From assembly GCF_003351905.1 (NCBI RefSeq), contig NZ_CP022339.1:600001-632000 (forward strand): a DNA stretch of 32,000 bases, written 5' to 3'. This document shows positions 16,960-26,404 of the stretch, one piece after another. Below the pieces are notes generated by a model. That model worked only from the letters and a program-made list of their open reading frames with translations. It did not search any database and was not told the DNA's origin. The stretch's first letter is position 1, and every line of letters begins with the position of its first letter. A program made the position numbers and the translations under genes. This DNA is from Candidatus Saccharimonadota bacterium. GTDB taxonomy: Bacteria; Bacteroidota; Bacteroidia; Cytophagales; Amoebophilaceae.

Positions 16960-18447
16960 ATGCATTTAGTTCCAGAAAGCTTGCTTATTGCCGGTTCTTT
17001 TTTACTCTTCTTGAGCATTGTCATTACCAAGCTATCTACCCGGTTAGGCATTCCAGCGTTGATTATTTTTTTATTAGTAGGCATGGCGGCAGGCCATGAA
17101 CAGTTGGGCGGTATTGATTTTCATAATCCTATAGCCGCTCAGTTGCTCGGCGCTATTACCTTGAGTTTGATTCTTTTTACAGGGGGTATAGAAACCGAGT
17201 ACAAACATATACGGCCCATTCTTTGGAATGGTATACTACTGGCAACTGTAGGTATTCTCATTACCACGTTTAGTGTGGGCCTATTTGTTTGGGGCATGAC
17301 AACCCTCTGGGGAGGTAGCATGCAATTTACCCTGTTGGAAGGTCTGTTGATGGGTTCAATTGTGGCTTCTACAGATGCAGCTGCTGTTTTTGCAATCATT
17401 CGGGCGAAGAACATGCATCTTAAGGCCAATCTGAGTCCCATGCTAGAACTGGAGTCGGGTAGCAATGATACCATGGCTTGGTTTTTGATGTTTTTATTTA
17501 GAACGCTGCTGCTTACCAACCAAGTCATTAGCCCTATGGAGGCCATTTGGATCTTTATTCAAGAGATGGTTGTAGGTGGCGTAGCTGGCCTTTTAGTTGG
17601 TAAAATCATGTTGGTATTGCTGGACAACCTTCGTTTGGCTAACCGTTCCCTTTACCCTGGTTTGATGCTAGCTGTGGTTATTTTTACCTATTCAGCGACC
17701 CATTTTTTCCATGGCAATGCCTTTCTTGCTGTTTACCTGGTTGGATTGATCTTAGGCAATAAGGATTTCCCACATAAAAAAAGCATCATTCAATTCTGCC
17801 AAGGCGTTTCTTGGTTGATGCAGATCATAATGTTTATTATGCTTGGGCTATTGGTTTACCCTGGTAAACTCATACCTATAGCTGGTATTGGCCTATTGCT
17901 TTCCATCTTTTTAATGTTCATAGCTCGTCCATTGAGTGTATTTATTTCATTGTTTTTTTCTAAAACATTACATTTAAAACATAAGATTTTTATTTCTTGG
18001 GTAGGCCTTAGAGGGGCTGTTCCGATTGTATTTGCTACCTATCCGTTGTTAGATAACATTCACCAAGCAGATGTGATCTACCATATTGTTTTTTTTGTTG
18101 TGCTCACCTCTATCTTGTTTCAAGGCACGACGCTTTCGCCACTTGCCAAGTGGCTACAATTAGAAGCCCCAAAGTTGGAACCTCATGAACCTACCATTCA
18201 ATTATCCAAAGATGTGGACAGTGCATTAATAGAAGTCATTGTTCCCCAAGACTCTCCTGCTATTGGTAAAAAAATAGTTCAGTTGAGCTTTCCAGAAAAT
18301 GTATTGATTGTCCTTATAAAACGCAATGGCGTCTATGTTATTCCCAGAGGTGATACCGTCATTATTGCCTTTGACTTGCTGATGATTATGGCAGAAAAAA
18401 AACAGGCCATTCATCTTATAAAGGAGCAGTTGGGTATAGTACATTAG
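16960..18447 (+). CDS. nhaP2: K+/H+ antiporter, NhaP2/CvrA type (CPA1) with a C-terminal RCK_C/TrkA-C-like domain
   Basis: 495 aa. RLGIPALIIFLLVGMAAG, GSIVASTDAAAVFAI and LELESGSNDTMAWFL align closely with E. coli CvrA. It has a soluble ~90-aa C-terminal tail. Confidence 0.85.
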   Translation: MHLVPESLLIAGSFLLFLSIVITKLSTRLGIPALIIFLLVGMAAGHEQLGGIDFHNPIAAQLLGAITLSLILFTGGIETEYKHIRPILWNGILLATVGILITTFSVGLFVWGMTTLWGGSMQFTLLEGLLMGSIVASTDAAAVFAIIRAKNMHLKANLSPMLELESGSNDTMAWFLMFLFRTLLLTNQVISPMEAIWIFIQEMVVGGVAGLLVGKIMLVLLDNLRLANRSLYPGLMLAVVIFTYSATHFFHGNAFLAVYLVGLILGNKDFPHKKSIIQFCQGVSWLMQIIMFIMLGLLVYPGKLIPIAGIGLLLSIFLMFIARPLSVFISLFFSKTLHLKHKIFISWVGLRGAVPIVFATYPLLDNIHQADVIYHIVFFVVLTSILFQGTTLSPLAKWLQLEAPKLEPHEPTIQLSKDVDSALIEVIVPQDSPAIGKKIVQLSFPENVLIVLIKRNGVYVIPRGDTVIIAFDLLMIMAEKKQAIHLIKEQLGIVH

Positions 18448-18522
18448 CTGATTTTAACTATAATTGTCTGCCATACTAGCAGCTATCATTTTTTCATATG
18501 TACCGAAAGTAAACAACTCATT

Positions 18523-19917
18523 ATGTCTCAGGAATATGATCTTATTGTAATCGGAAGTGGGCCAGGTGGTTATGTAGCCGCTATTAGAGCCGCTCAGTTG
18601 GGGATGCATGTTGCGGTTGTAGAGCAAGAAGCACTTGGTGGTGTTTGTCTCAACTGGGGTTGTATTCCTACAAAAGCATTATTAAAAAGCGCTCAGGTCT
18701 TTGACTATGTGCACCATGCGGCAGCTTATGGTATTGAGGTAACTCATGCCAATCCCAACTTTGAGGCTATTATGCAGCGGAGCCGTACCGTGTCGGCTAC
18801 TATGAGCCAAGGCATCCATCATCTTTTTAAAAAGCATAAAATCACCATTTTAGCAGGGCGTGGCAAATTACTGCCTCATGGCACCGTTTCTGTTACCACA
18901 TCGGCAGGTACAACCCCTCTCTACCGTGCGCCACATATCATCTTAGCAACGGGTGCAAGAAGTCGTCAGTTGCCCCAACTGCCTATCGATGGCGTCCATG
19001 TTATGGGCTATAGAGAAGCATTGGCACGTACGACGCAACCCGCCTCTATAGTGATTGTAGGCGGGGGGGCTATTGGTTGTGAATTCGCTTATTTTTACCA
19101 TACGATAGGCACAAAAGTTACTCTGGTGGAATATAGCCCCTATCTATTGCCTTTAGAAGATGAAGCCGTATCCAAACAAGTGATTAAATCTTTTACAAAA
19201 AAAGGTATGGAAGTCTATACGGCTACAGAGGTTACCAAAGTGGAAGTGATGCAAGCCTCTTCTAGAGTACATATGGCTACCCAATCAGGCCTTTTACAGA
19301 TAGAAAGTGACTTGGTGCTTGCTGCTGTTGGCGTGCAGCCTAATATAGAAAACATCGGCTTAGAGGAAAATGGCATTCTTATGGAAGGAGGGAAAGTTGT
19401 AGTAGATCCCTATTATAGGACCAGTTGTAATGGGGTTTATGCGATTGGCGATCTCGTCAAAGGGCCCGCTTTAGCTCATGTAGCATCGGCAGAAGGCATT
19501 GTTTGTGTAGAAAAAATCGCAGGTCTTACACCAGATCCATTGGATTACAATAATCTACCCTCTTGCACCTACCTACAACCTGAAGTAGCTTCTGTAGGTT
19601 ATACAGAAAAAGCTGCAAAAGAGGCTGGTTATAAGGTTAAAGTAGGTACTTTTCCATTTTCTGCCTCTGGCAAAGCACATGCAGCTGGTGCACCAGAAGG
19701 CTTTGTAAAAGTGATTTTTGATGCCGAGTATGGAGAATGGTTGGGTGCACATATGGTTGGGGCCCATGTTACAGAAATGATTGCAGAGGTGGTGGTCGCA
19801 CGTAAACTGGAAACAACTGCCTATGAGATCCAAAATAGTACCCATCCCCATCCGACTATGTCCGAAGCCATTATGGAAGCAGTAGCTGCTGCCTATGGAG
19901 AAGTGATTCATCTTTGA
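18523..19917 (+). CDS. lpdA: Dihydrolipoyl dehydrogenase (E3)
   Basis: 464 aa. FAD motif YDLIVIGSGPGGYVAAIRAAQLG, redox-active GGVCLNWGCIPTK, and C-terminal HPHPTMSEA. Confidence 0.93.
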   Translation: MSQEYDLIVIGSGPGGYVAAIRAAQLGMHVAVVEQEALGGVCLNWGCIPTKALLKSAQVFDYVHHAAAYGIEVTHANPNFEAIMQRSRTVSATMSQGIHHLFKKHKITILAGRGKLLPHGTVSVTTSAGTTPLYRAPHIILATGARSRQLPQLPIDGVHVMGYREALARTTQPASIVIVGGGAIGCEFAYFYHTIGTKVTLVEYSPYLLPLEDEAVSKQVIKSFTKKGMEVYTATEVTKVEVMQASSRVHMATQSGLLQIESDLVLAAVGVQPNIENIGLEENGILMEGGKVVVDPYYRTSCNGVYAIGDLVKGPALAHVASAEGIVCVEKIAGLTPDPLDYNNLPSCTYLQPEVASVGYTEKAAKEAGYKVKVGTFPFSASGKAHAAGAPEGFVKVIFDAEYGEWLGAHMVGAHVTEMIAEVVVARKLETTAYEIQNSTHPHPTMSEAIMEAVAAAYGEVIHL

Positions 19918-20039
19918 TACATGGATCTGTTATGTATGGGTACGATAAGATGCAGGTTATGCAAAACATGATTGAACTATTTAAATATCCTGTATATTTG
20001 GGTAGTATGGTTTTTAGCTTTGGTATAAAATGGAATAAG

Positions 20040-20177
20040 TAGACTTCTTTTAAGGCTTGCTTATGCTGAGGAATTTATAAGCGAAACGGTGTGCAAAGCC
20101 ACAGCGTACTAGATGGCTATCAGCACCGGACCGACGTGCAAATAACCAGCAGTAGTTAGAGCTTTGAAAGAAGTCTA
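20040..20177 (+). other. 138-nt element closed by an 11-bp inverted repeat (tagacttcttt / aaagaagtcta) with internal hairpins. Candidate structured RNA or MITE-like remnant.
   Basis: Read directly. An inner 6-bp hairpin gcttat..ataagc lies at 20059-20082, and further short complementary segments follow (cggtg/caccg, agcca/tggct). An 8-bp hairpin atgcaatg-ttgcc-cattgcat follows at 20199-20219. Confidence 0.25.
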
Positions 20178-20261
20178 TTGAATTGCTTAGATAGAAAAAT
20201 GCAATGTTGCCCATTGCATACTGTTTGGTTAATTAAGCTATAAAACAAATTTGCGTTCAGC

Positions 20262-21038
20262 ATGGAAAAAACAGAATCATTACAAAGTAATCTAGAAGAT
20301 GGTATTTTAACCATTACCTTTAAGGCTAGCTCCTTTACTTTAACAGATAAAAGGCTTACTGAATTGCGTAATGTTATTCAAGATGTCTATGACGATGACA
20401 CTATAGAGGGCGTAATTATTACTGGGGAAGGAGAAGAGATCTTTTCCTTAGGAACAGAGGTTGCTGAACTACTCAAGTTAAGTGAATTGAATGCAAGAAA
20501 GTTTGCAGAACATGGTCAAGAGGTATTGGCTTTTATAGAAAATTGTCCTAAGCCTATTTTAGCTGCTATTAATGGATATGCTTTCGGTGCTGGATTTGAG
20601 TTGGCATTGGCTTGCCATTTTCGGTTTGCTTCTGAGAATGCTGTTTTTGCCTTCCCAGAAATTGCTTGTGGGGTTATTCCTGGTTTTGGCGGTACACAGC
20701 GACTGACCCAATTATTGGGTAAGACGAAAGCATTGGAGTACCTCATGACCGGTAAGCGTATGGGAGCAGAAGATGCAGAGCGCATGGGCTTGGTGAGTGA
20801 GGTGGTAAGTTATAAGGAAGAGATGCTTAAAAAGGCTAAAAAATGGCTTACCGCTATTGTCAATAATGCAGATTTGGCACTGGGCATGTTGGTAACTTGT
20901 GTAAACGCCGCTGAAAACCCAGATGAAAATGGTTTTCAAACAGAAGCCAATGGCTTTGCCAACTGTTTTAAAGCAGCAGATATTAAAGAACAACTCATGA
21001 AGATTGCAGATAAAAAAGTGCTGCTAGAAATCAAATAA
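20262..21038 (+). CDS. Enoyl-CoA hydratase/isomerase (crotonase) family protein
   Basis: 258 aa. The crotonase oxyanion-hole region is present: ILAAINGYAFGAGFELALACHFRFASENAVFAFPEIACGVIPGFGGTQRL. Confidence 0.88.
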   Translation: MEKTESLQSNLEDGILTITFKASSFTLTDKRLTELRNVIQDVYDDDTIEGVIITGEGEEIFSLGTEVAELLKLSELNARKFAEHGQEVLAFIENCPKPILAAINGYAFGAGFELALACHFRFASENAVFAFPEIACGVIPGFGGTQRLTQLLGKTKALEYLMTGKRMGAEDAERMGLVSEVVSYKEEMLKKAKKWLTAIVNNADLALGMLVTCVNAAENPDENGFQTEANGFANCFKAADIKEQLMKIADKKVLLEIK

Positions 21039-21457
21039 CCTAACTTACCTTAACCGAACCACCATTGGGTAGGTGCATTTGATGGGGCGATAGTCATCTA
21101 TATTTGCCCATCTAGTGGTTCGTGCACTTTGCTTTCTATCTTTTTTGTAGTCAAAGTAGGTTGAGTTTCTCACGCGTACGCTGTAATGTTATGTACACCT
21201 TTTTTGATGATGGTAAAGTAAATAAAGAGCGTCGGGTAATCAATCTGCTAGGGAAAATAGTCAATAGCAGCTGATTGGTCTTCATAATTTTTTTTGTAAC
21301 TTTATAAGCTGTAGGGCACTTTTAGCTACACCAAGCTGTTGCTTTTACATAGAAGTCGGTATATTTAATTTCATTTTTTAATCACGTAAAACAGCATAAA
21401 ACGCATCGTTTCGTATCACTGTTTTCAAGTAATCATAAAAGACAATATCATCCCCTT

Positions 21458-23224
21458 ATGAGTGCAACAGAAGGCGTTTTCAACTGGGATCAATATGACA
21501 AAGTTGGTAAATTAGGTAGTGCATATACAGATCAAGAAAGAGAAGATATGGCTGCCACATATGGAGCTACTTTAAGCGCTATTAATCAGTATGAAGTAGT
21601 AACAGGATCCGTGATAAGCCTCACCAATAAAGATGTGGTTGTAGGTGTGGGATACAAATCAGATGGGTTAATTGCTGCTTCTGAGTTTAGGGATCTGCCT
21701 GAATTACAGCCAGGTGATGAGGTTGAGGTCTATATAGAAGAGACAGAAAATGCAAAAGGTCAATTGATACTTTCTCGTAAAAAAGCAAAATTGGTCAGAG
21801 CCTGGGAGAAGATTCAACATGCCATGGAACATGGAGAGGTATTAGAAGGGCTTGTTAAGCGCAGAACGAAAGGAGGATTGATTGTAGATATTTTTGATAT
21901 TGAAACCTTTTTACCTGGCTCCCAAATTGATATCAGGCCTGTATTAGACTTTGATGTCTTTGTAGGTAAAACCATTGATGTGGTGGTTATTAAAATCAAC
22001 CATACCAATGATAATGTGGTTGTTTCCCATAAAGCATTAACCGAGAAGAAGCTAGAAGGGCAGAAGCTCGAAATCATGAGTAAGCTTGAAAAGGGGCAAA
22101 TCCTAGAGGGTTATGTGAAAAATATAACCAAGTTTGGTGCGTTTATTGATTTAGGAGGGGTAGATGGTTTGCTTCATAAATTAGATATGGCCTGGAGTAG
22201 GGTCAACCATCCAGAGGAGCTCTTCACCCTTGGCCAAAAAGTACGTGTAGTGGTTATTGGCTTTAATGAGGATAAGAAACGTATTTCTTTGGGTATGAAG
22301 CAACTCCAGGACCACCCATGGGATGCGCTGCCAGAAACGGTTCAGGTAGGATCTACCATTAAGGGTACCATCACCAATATTGCCGATTATGGTCTTTTTA
22401 TAGAATTGATGCCTGGTGTCGAGGGCTTTGTCTATGTTTTAGATATTTCATGGTCGCAGTATTTGCGTGACATCAATGAGCACTATGCAATAGGCGATAC
22501 CATTGAAACCTGTATATTATCTTTGGATCGGAAGAATCATAAAATATCCTTGGGGATTAAGCAATTAACTGGAGATCCGTGGGAGCAGGATGCATTTTTA
22601 TCTGCTTATGCAGTGGGGGCCACCCATGAAGGTATTGTGCGCAATCTAACCCATTTTGGTGCCTTTATAGAGTTAGAGCCTGGTATTGAAGGTTTGCTAC
22701 ACGTTTCGCGTCTTTCCGGTACCAAGCGCGTGGCACACCCTGGTGACGTGTTGAAGTTGGGCGAAAAGGTAGAAGTGATCGTGTTGGGTATTAATCGGGA
22801 AAATAGGCGCCTTTCACTTGGCCTCAAGCAGGAAAATCCATGGGATGCTTGTGAGAAGATTTTCCAAATAGGTACCTTACATAAAGGTACGATTTTGAAA
22901 AAGACCCTAGGTCGTGGTGCCATTGTTGAGCTAGCCCATGGTATAGAAGGTCATGTGCCTCAGCAACATTTAATTAAAGTAGATGGGGAGGAACCAGCAG
23001 TTGGCGAAGAGTTAGACTTTCAAGTGTTGAAATTTGCTAAAGCAGATAAAAAAATAATTTTATCGCATCAAATTATTTTTAATCCAGCAGTAGAGGATAA
23101 AAGTGAGGGTAAAGTGAAAGCGGAGCCAAAAGTCAAAACAGAGAAAGCGCCTAGAGGGTTTGAAGCTTTTGCTGACCTGAAGGAAAAATTAGAACAAAAC
23201 ACACAAGGAGAAGATAAGGCATAG
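21458..23224 (+). CDS. rpsA: 30S ribosomal protein S1
   Basis: 588 aa with six S1/OB repeats (G.V...T..GAFI.L..G..G..H.S), for example GYVKNITKFGAFIDLGGVDGLLH and GIVRNLTHFGAFIELEPGIEGLLHVS. Confidence 0.95.
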   Translation: MSATEGVFNWDQYDKVGKLGSAYTDQEREDMAATYGATLSAINQYEVVTGSVISLTNKDVVVGVGYKSDGLIAASEFRDLPELQPGDEVEVYIEETENAKGQLILSRKKAKLVRAWEKIQHAMEHGEVLEGLVKRRTKGGLIVDIFDIETFLPGSQIDIRPVLDFDVFVGKTIDVVVIKINHTNDNVVVSHKALTEKKLEGQKLEIMSKLEKGQILEGYVKNITKFGAFIDLGGVDGLLHKLDMAWSRVNHPEELFTLGQKVRVVVIGFNEDKKRISLGMKQLQDHPWDALPETVQVGSTIKGTITNIADYGLFIELMPGVEGFVYVLDISWSQYLRDINEHYAIGDTIETCILSLDRKNHKISLGIKQLTGDPWEQDAFLSAYAVGATHEGIVRNLTHFGAFIELEPGIEGLLHVSRLSGTKRVAHPGDVLKLGEKVEVIVLGINRENRRLSLGLKQENPWDACEKIFQIGTLHKGTILKKTLGRGAIVELAHGIEGHVPQQHLIKVDGEEPAVGEELDFQVLKFAKADKKIILSHQIIFNPAVEDKSEGKVKAEPKVKTEKAPRGFEAFADLKEKLEQNTQGEDKA

Positions 23225-23235
23225 GCATATCTTTG

Positions 23236-23306
23236 GGTCGCGTGGCCGAGTGGTTAGGCAGAGGTCTGCAAAACCTCTTACGGTGGTTCGAACCCACTCG
23301 CGACCT
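23236..23306 (+). tRNA. tRNA-Cys (anticodon GCA), CCA not encoded
   Basis: Manual fold: acceptor GGTCGCG/CGCGACC, D arm GCC..GGC, anticodon stem GAGGT/ACCTC with loop CTGCAAA, 4-nt variable loop, T arm GGTGG-TTCGAAC-CCACT, discriminator T. Confidence 0.85.
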
Positions 23307-23379
23307 CTACTATCCATTTTGGATGGATTCAGTAGTTTGAAAAAAACTATTCCTATTCGGTAGTCCCCGTGTTTTTTTT

Positions 23380-23466
23380 GCCTGGGTGGCGGAATTGGTA
23401 GACGCGTTGGTCTCAAAAACCAATGATAGTGATATTGTGCCGGTTCGATTCCGGCCTCAGGTACCA
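23380..23466 (+). tRNA. tRNA-Leu (anticodon CAA), class II long variable arm, CCA encoded
   Basis: Manual fold: acceptor GCCTGGG/CTCAGGT (two G-U pairs), D arm GCG-GAATTGGTAGA-CGC, anticodon stem TTGGT/ACCAA with loop CTCAAAA, 15-nt variable arm, T arm GCCGG-TTCGATT-CCGGC, then A-CCA. Confidence 0.85.
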
Positions 23467-23802
23467 TGCTATATGCCTACTATTAAAGCGTAAACAGTAG
23501 TTTTTTACACTTTAAGCAAGGTAAAGGTAGCCATATGGTGGTGTGCTAGCTGTGCACAGGTTATCTAAAAGCATAAAAATACCGAACTTGTTTTTTGATT
23601 TTAGTATACTTTATTTAAAATTATAGTTCATTCGTTTTAGAGGGGTCTCAAACTTGAAGCATTTCTTCTTCTATTGTGTGCCATACAAATGTATAAAGTT
23701 GTAACTTTGAAGCGAAGTAATAAACTTTATTTGAAGGGAGTCATGAACCAAAGTCTATATATGGAGTTGGTTTATGTAGGAAACTTTTGATTGTGTAGAG
23801 CC

Positions 23803-24918
23803 ATGAAAAAACATGAAATGCTTGATTTAAATGATTGGAATTTGCATCAGCTTGTAAGGGCAGTTTCTGAAACGCCAAAAGATATGAAGCGCACCTGGTC
23901 CAGTATACAGGAAGCGTGTTCATGGACAGAAAGCTTTGCAGAGCAGGCCCATTCAAAAATGTTTAAGCACGCCTTAAGGGAATCTATCCAGATAGCTGTT
24001 ATTGCTGCTACGGAGATGTCTTTGGGGCTTTCTACAGTTATTGCTGCGATCTTAGCACCACCTTTCTTAAAAGGGTTAGTCCGGAAAGAAGCCATTCAAA
24101 GGCGGTTTGGCTTAAAAATAGCTTCTATATTGGTAGAACTGAATCGATTAAAGCGTTGCAAATTGTGTCGTAGCTCCATTTTGAACGGTCGTAGTGCCCC
24201 TGATGCAGCTGCACCTCGTATTTTAGCCATCTTGTTACAAATTTGTGACATCATCCGTGTAAACTATAGTGGCGTATCGTTGGAGAATCTGCAGTCAGAA
24301 TTGCTCTATTGCACTAGTACGAAGCTTTTACTGGATCTGAAGTGTTTTTATATTCCACTTGCCCATAGAATGCGGTTATATAATATTCAAGCTAAGTTAG
24401 CAGATTTTTGGTTAAAGCATACCGATAGCTTGAGTTATTACTCTATTACTGCTAAGCTCGGCATGACCAAGCTTCAAAGGCAGCAGAAGTTAAACCTTAT
24501 TTCTGAAGAGGTGTATTCAGCCGTGCAAGCACATGGAATTAATTTTATCTTAAAGAAGCGTATTAAATCTATTTATTCTATTTGGCATAAAATTCAAAGA
24601 TTAAAGGTTAATGTCGATCAAATACATGATCTTGCTGCGATTAGAGTCATTTTAACAGGTATGGATGGGAAAACCCTACAAGAAGAAAAGATAGCTTGTT
24701 GGCGTGTGCTTAGCATTGTCAGTGATCTGTATAGCCCGATTTGTAATATTATGAGAGATTGGATCAGTATACCAAGAGATAGCAGTTATGAGTCGCTCCA
24801 TCTTACCTTTGAAACCTATCAATATGGAAGGCTAGAAATGCAAGTACGTACAGAACGAATGGATTATATAGCAGAACATGGCGAGGCAGCGCATTGGAAA
24901 TATAAACATTTGGATTAG
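23803..24918 (+). CDS. RelA/SpoT homolog (RSH) reduced to the N-terminal half: degenerate HD (hydrolase) region plus an intact-looking (p)ppGpp synthetase domain; no TGS/ACT C-terminal region
   Basis: Synthetase motifs are present: KKRIKSIYSIWHKIQR, IHDLAAIRVIL, YESLHLTFE, LEMQVRTERMDYIAEHGEAAHWKYK. Where long RSHs carry ..LLHDv.EDT.. this protein reads AAILAPPFLKGL. ATG 23803 is preferred over the TTG at 23791. The ORF stops 21 nt before the convergent hflX. Confidence 0.8.
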   Translation: MKKHEMLDLNDWNLHQLVRAVSETPKDMKRTWSSIQEACSWTESFAEQAHSKMFKHALRESIQIAVIAATEMSLGLSTVIAAILAPPFLKGLVRKEAIQRRFGLKIASILVELNRLKRCKLCRSSILNGRSAPDAAAPRILAILLQICDIIRVNYSGVSLENLQSELLYCTSTKLLLDLKCFYIPLAHRMRLYNIQAKLADFWLKHTDSLSYYSITAKLGMTKLQRQQKLNLISEEVYSAVQAHGINFILKKRIKSIYSIWHKIQRLKVNVDQIHDLAAIRVILTGMDGKTLQEEKIACWRVLSIVSDLYSPICNIMRDWISIPRDSSYESLHLTFETYQYGRLEMQVRTERMDYIAEHGEAAHWKYKHLD

Positions 24919-24939
24919 GTCTATAAGGCTGAGTAGTTG

Positions 24940-26145
24940 TTAATAACCAGCTTTGACATATCTGGTTACCTGAATCCGTTCTATTGCTTCTGTAATTGCT
25001 TGTTTTAGCAGGTCGATATGTAGATTTTTTGTTGCAGAGATCAAAACGGAAGGGTAACCATCAATGGTGCCGTGGCAGGTTGTGCTGTTTAAAGCCGTTG
25101 CGCTATCTATTGCGTGTGTACTGCTGGGTATGCTTTCCTGCTTGATGGCGTCCATCTTGTTGAATACTAAAACCCTTGGCAGATCTACCGCCCCTATTTC
25201 TGCTAAGGTTTGATTGACGATGTCTATTTGTTCTTCAAAACCCGCATGTGAGGCATCTATGATATGCAGCAGCAAATCTGCTTCTTTAATTTCTGATAAG
25301 GTAGACTTAAAACATTCCACCAGGGTATGGGGTAATTTACGGATAAAGCCTACTGTATCTGTTAACAAGAATGGGTATCCATTGCATACTACCCGGCGCA
25401 CGGTAGCATCTACTGTAGCAAATAATTTATTGTCAGCCAAGGCATCTGACCTGGATAGCAGTTGCATTAAGGTAGACTTTCCTACATTGGTATACCCAAC
25501 CAATGCCACACGAACCAAATCACTCCGGCCTTTACGCCTGGTTATACATTGTTGTGCAATGCTGTTTAATTTTTCGCGCAATTTAGTGATTTTGTGTTGA
25601 ATAATTCTTTTATCTGTCTCCAATTCTTTTTCCCCAGGGCCACGCATACCTGCACTACCCCCTTTTTGACTGGAAAGGTGGGTCCACATTCTGGTAAGTC
25701 GTGGTAATAAATATTGATACTGTGCTAATTCCACCTGTGTTTTTGCCTGTTTGGTTTGGGCACGCATAGAGAAGATATTCAGGATCAACAAACTTCTATC
25801 CAATATCTGACAGGATAGTAATTTTTCCAGATTGCGCACTTGTGAGGGAGAAAGCTCATCGTCAAAGATAGCATAACCAACCTTTTCTGCTTTTATACAA
25901 GCAGCTATTTCTTCTAGTTTACCCTTACCTACAAAAGTAGCACCGTGTGGATGGTCTAGTTTTTGTATAAATCTTTTAACCACTTTTAATCCCCAAGTAT
26001 CTGCCAAAAAGGTGAGTTCTGCGAGATATTCTTCTGTTTTAGCTAAAGGTTGCTGGGGCGTAACAAGGGCGATGAGGATGGCGGTTTTGTCCGCCTCATG
26101 GGCTACCAGGTTCGTTTGATTGTGCCTGTGCGTTAACATGATCAT
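24940..26145 (-). CDS. hflX: GTPase HflX
   Basis: 401 aa. HflX N-domain (ELAQYQYLLPRLTRMWTHLS..GG.G.RGPGEKELETDKR) and G-domain VALVGYTNVGKSTLMQLL..DTVGF..NKMD. Confidence 0.93.
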   Translation of the reverse strand: MIMLTHRHNQTNLVAHEADKTAILIALVTPQQPLAKTEEYLAELTFLADTWGLKVVKRFIQKLDHPHGATFVGKGKLEEIAACIKAEKVGYAIFDDELSPSQVRNLEKLLSCQILDRSLLILNIFSMRAQTKQAKTQVELAQYQYLLPRLTRMWTHLSSQKGGSAGMRGPGEKELETDKRIIQHKITKLREKLNSIAQQCITRRKGRSDLVRVALVGYTNVGKSTLMQLLSRSDALADNKLFATVDATVRRVVCNGYPFLLTDTVGFIRKLPHTLVECFKSTLSEIKEADLLLHIIDASHAGFEEQIDIVNQTLAEIGAVDLPRVLVFNKMDAIKQESIPSSTHAIDSATALNSTTCHGTIDGYPSVLISATKNLHIDLLKQAITEAIERIQVTRYVKAGY

Positions 26146-26404
26146 TACAATAAATTATAAAAGAAAAATACGAATCACAATTTTATAAAAAAAATTACAA
26201 AAACCAATTTAACCTTACTAATTTTGTAGACTGTTGTACTATATTTTATCAGCCTCAGTTATTATTTCACATGTATATACTAGGTCATATCCGGTGGGTG
26301 ATACTTTTTTATAGTAGCTTATCCGTGCGCTTTTTATATACATTGCACATAGGACCAGGCAAAATAACTGGTCGGGTGGGCTGGTTGTAAAAAGTGCAAA
26401 TAGG

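Noticed and set aside
20040-20177. TPP riboswitch (because of gctgagga), SRP/4.5S RNA, 6S RNA, RNase P or tmRNA
   Set aside because: It lacks the TPP ACCUGAUCUGGAUAAUGCCAGCG-type box, the SRP GGAA-tetraloop/AGCA domain IV motif and the RNase P GAGGAAAGUCC box. Its size and architecture also do not fit. It is kept only as an unclassified structured element.
23189-23467. 92-aa minus-strand ORF
   Set aside because: It lies antisense across both tRNA genes (Cys and Leu), and the tRNA folds explain the sequence.
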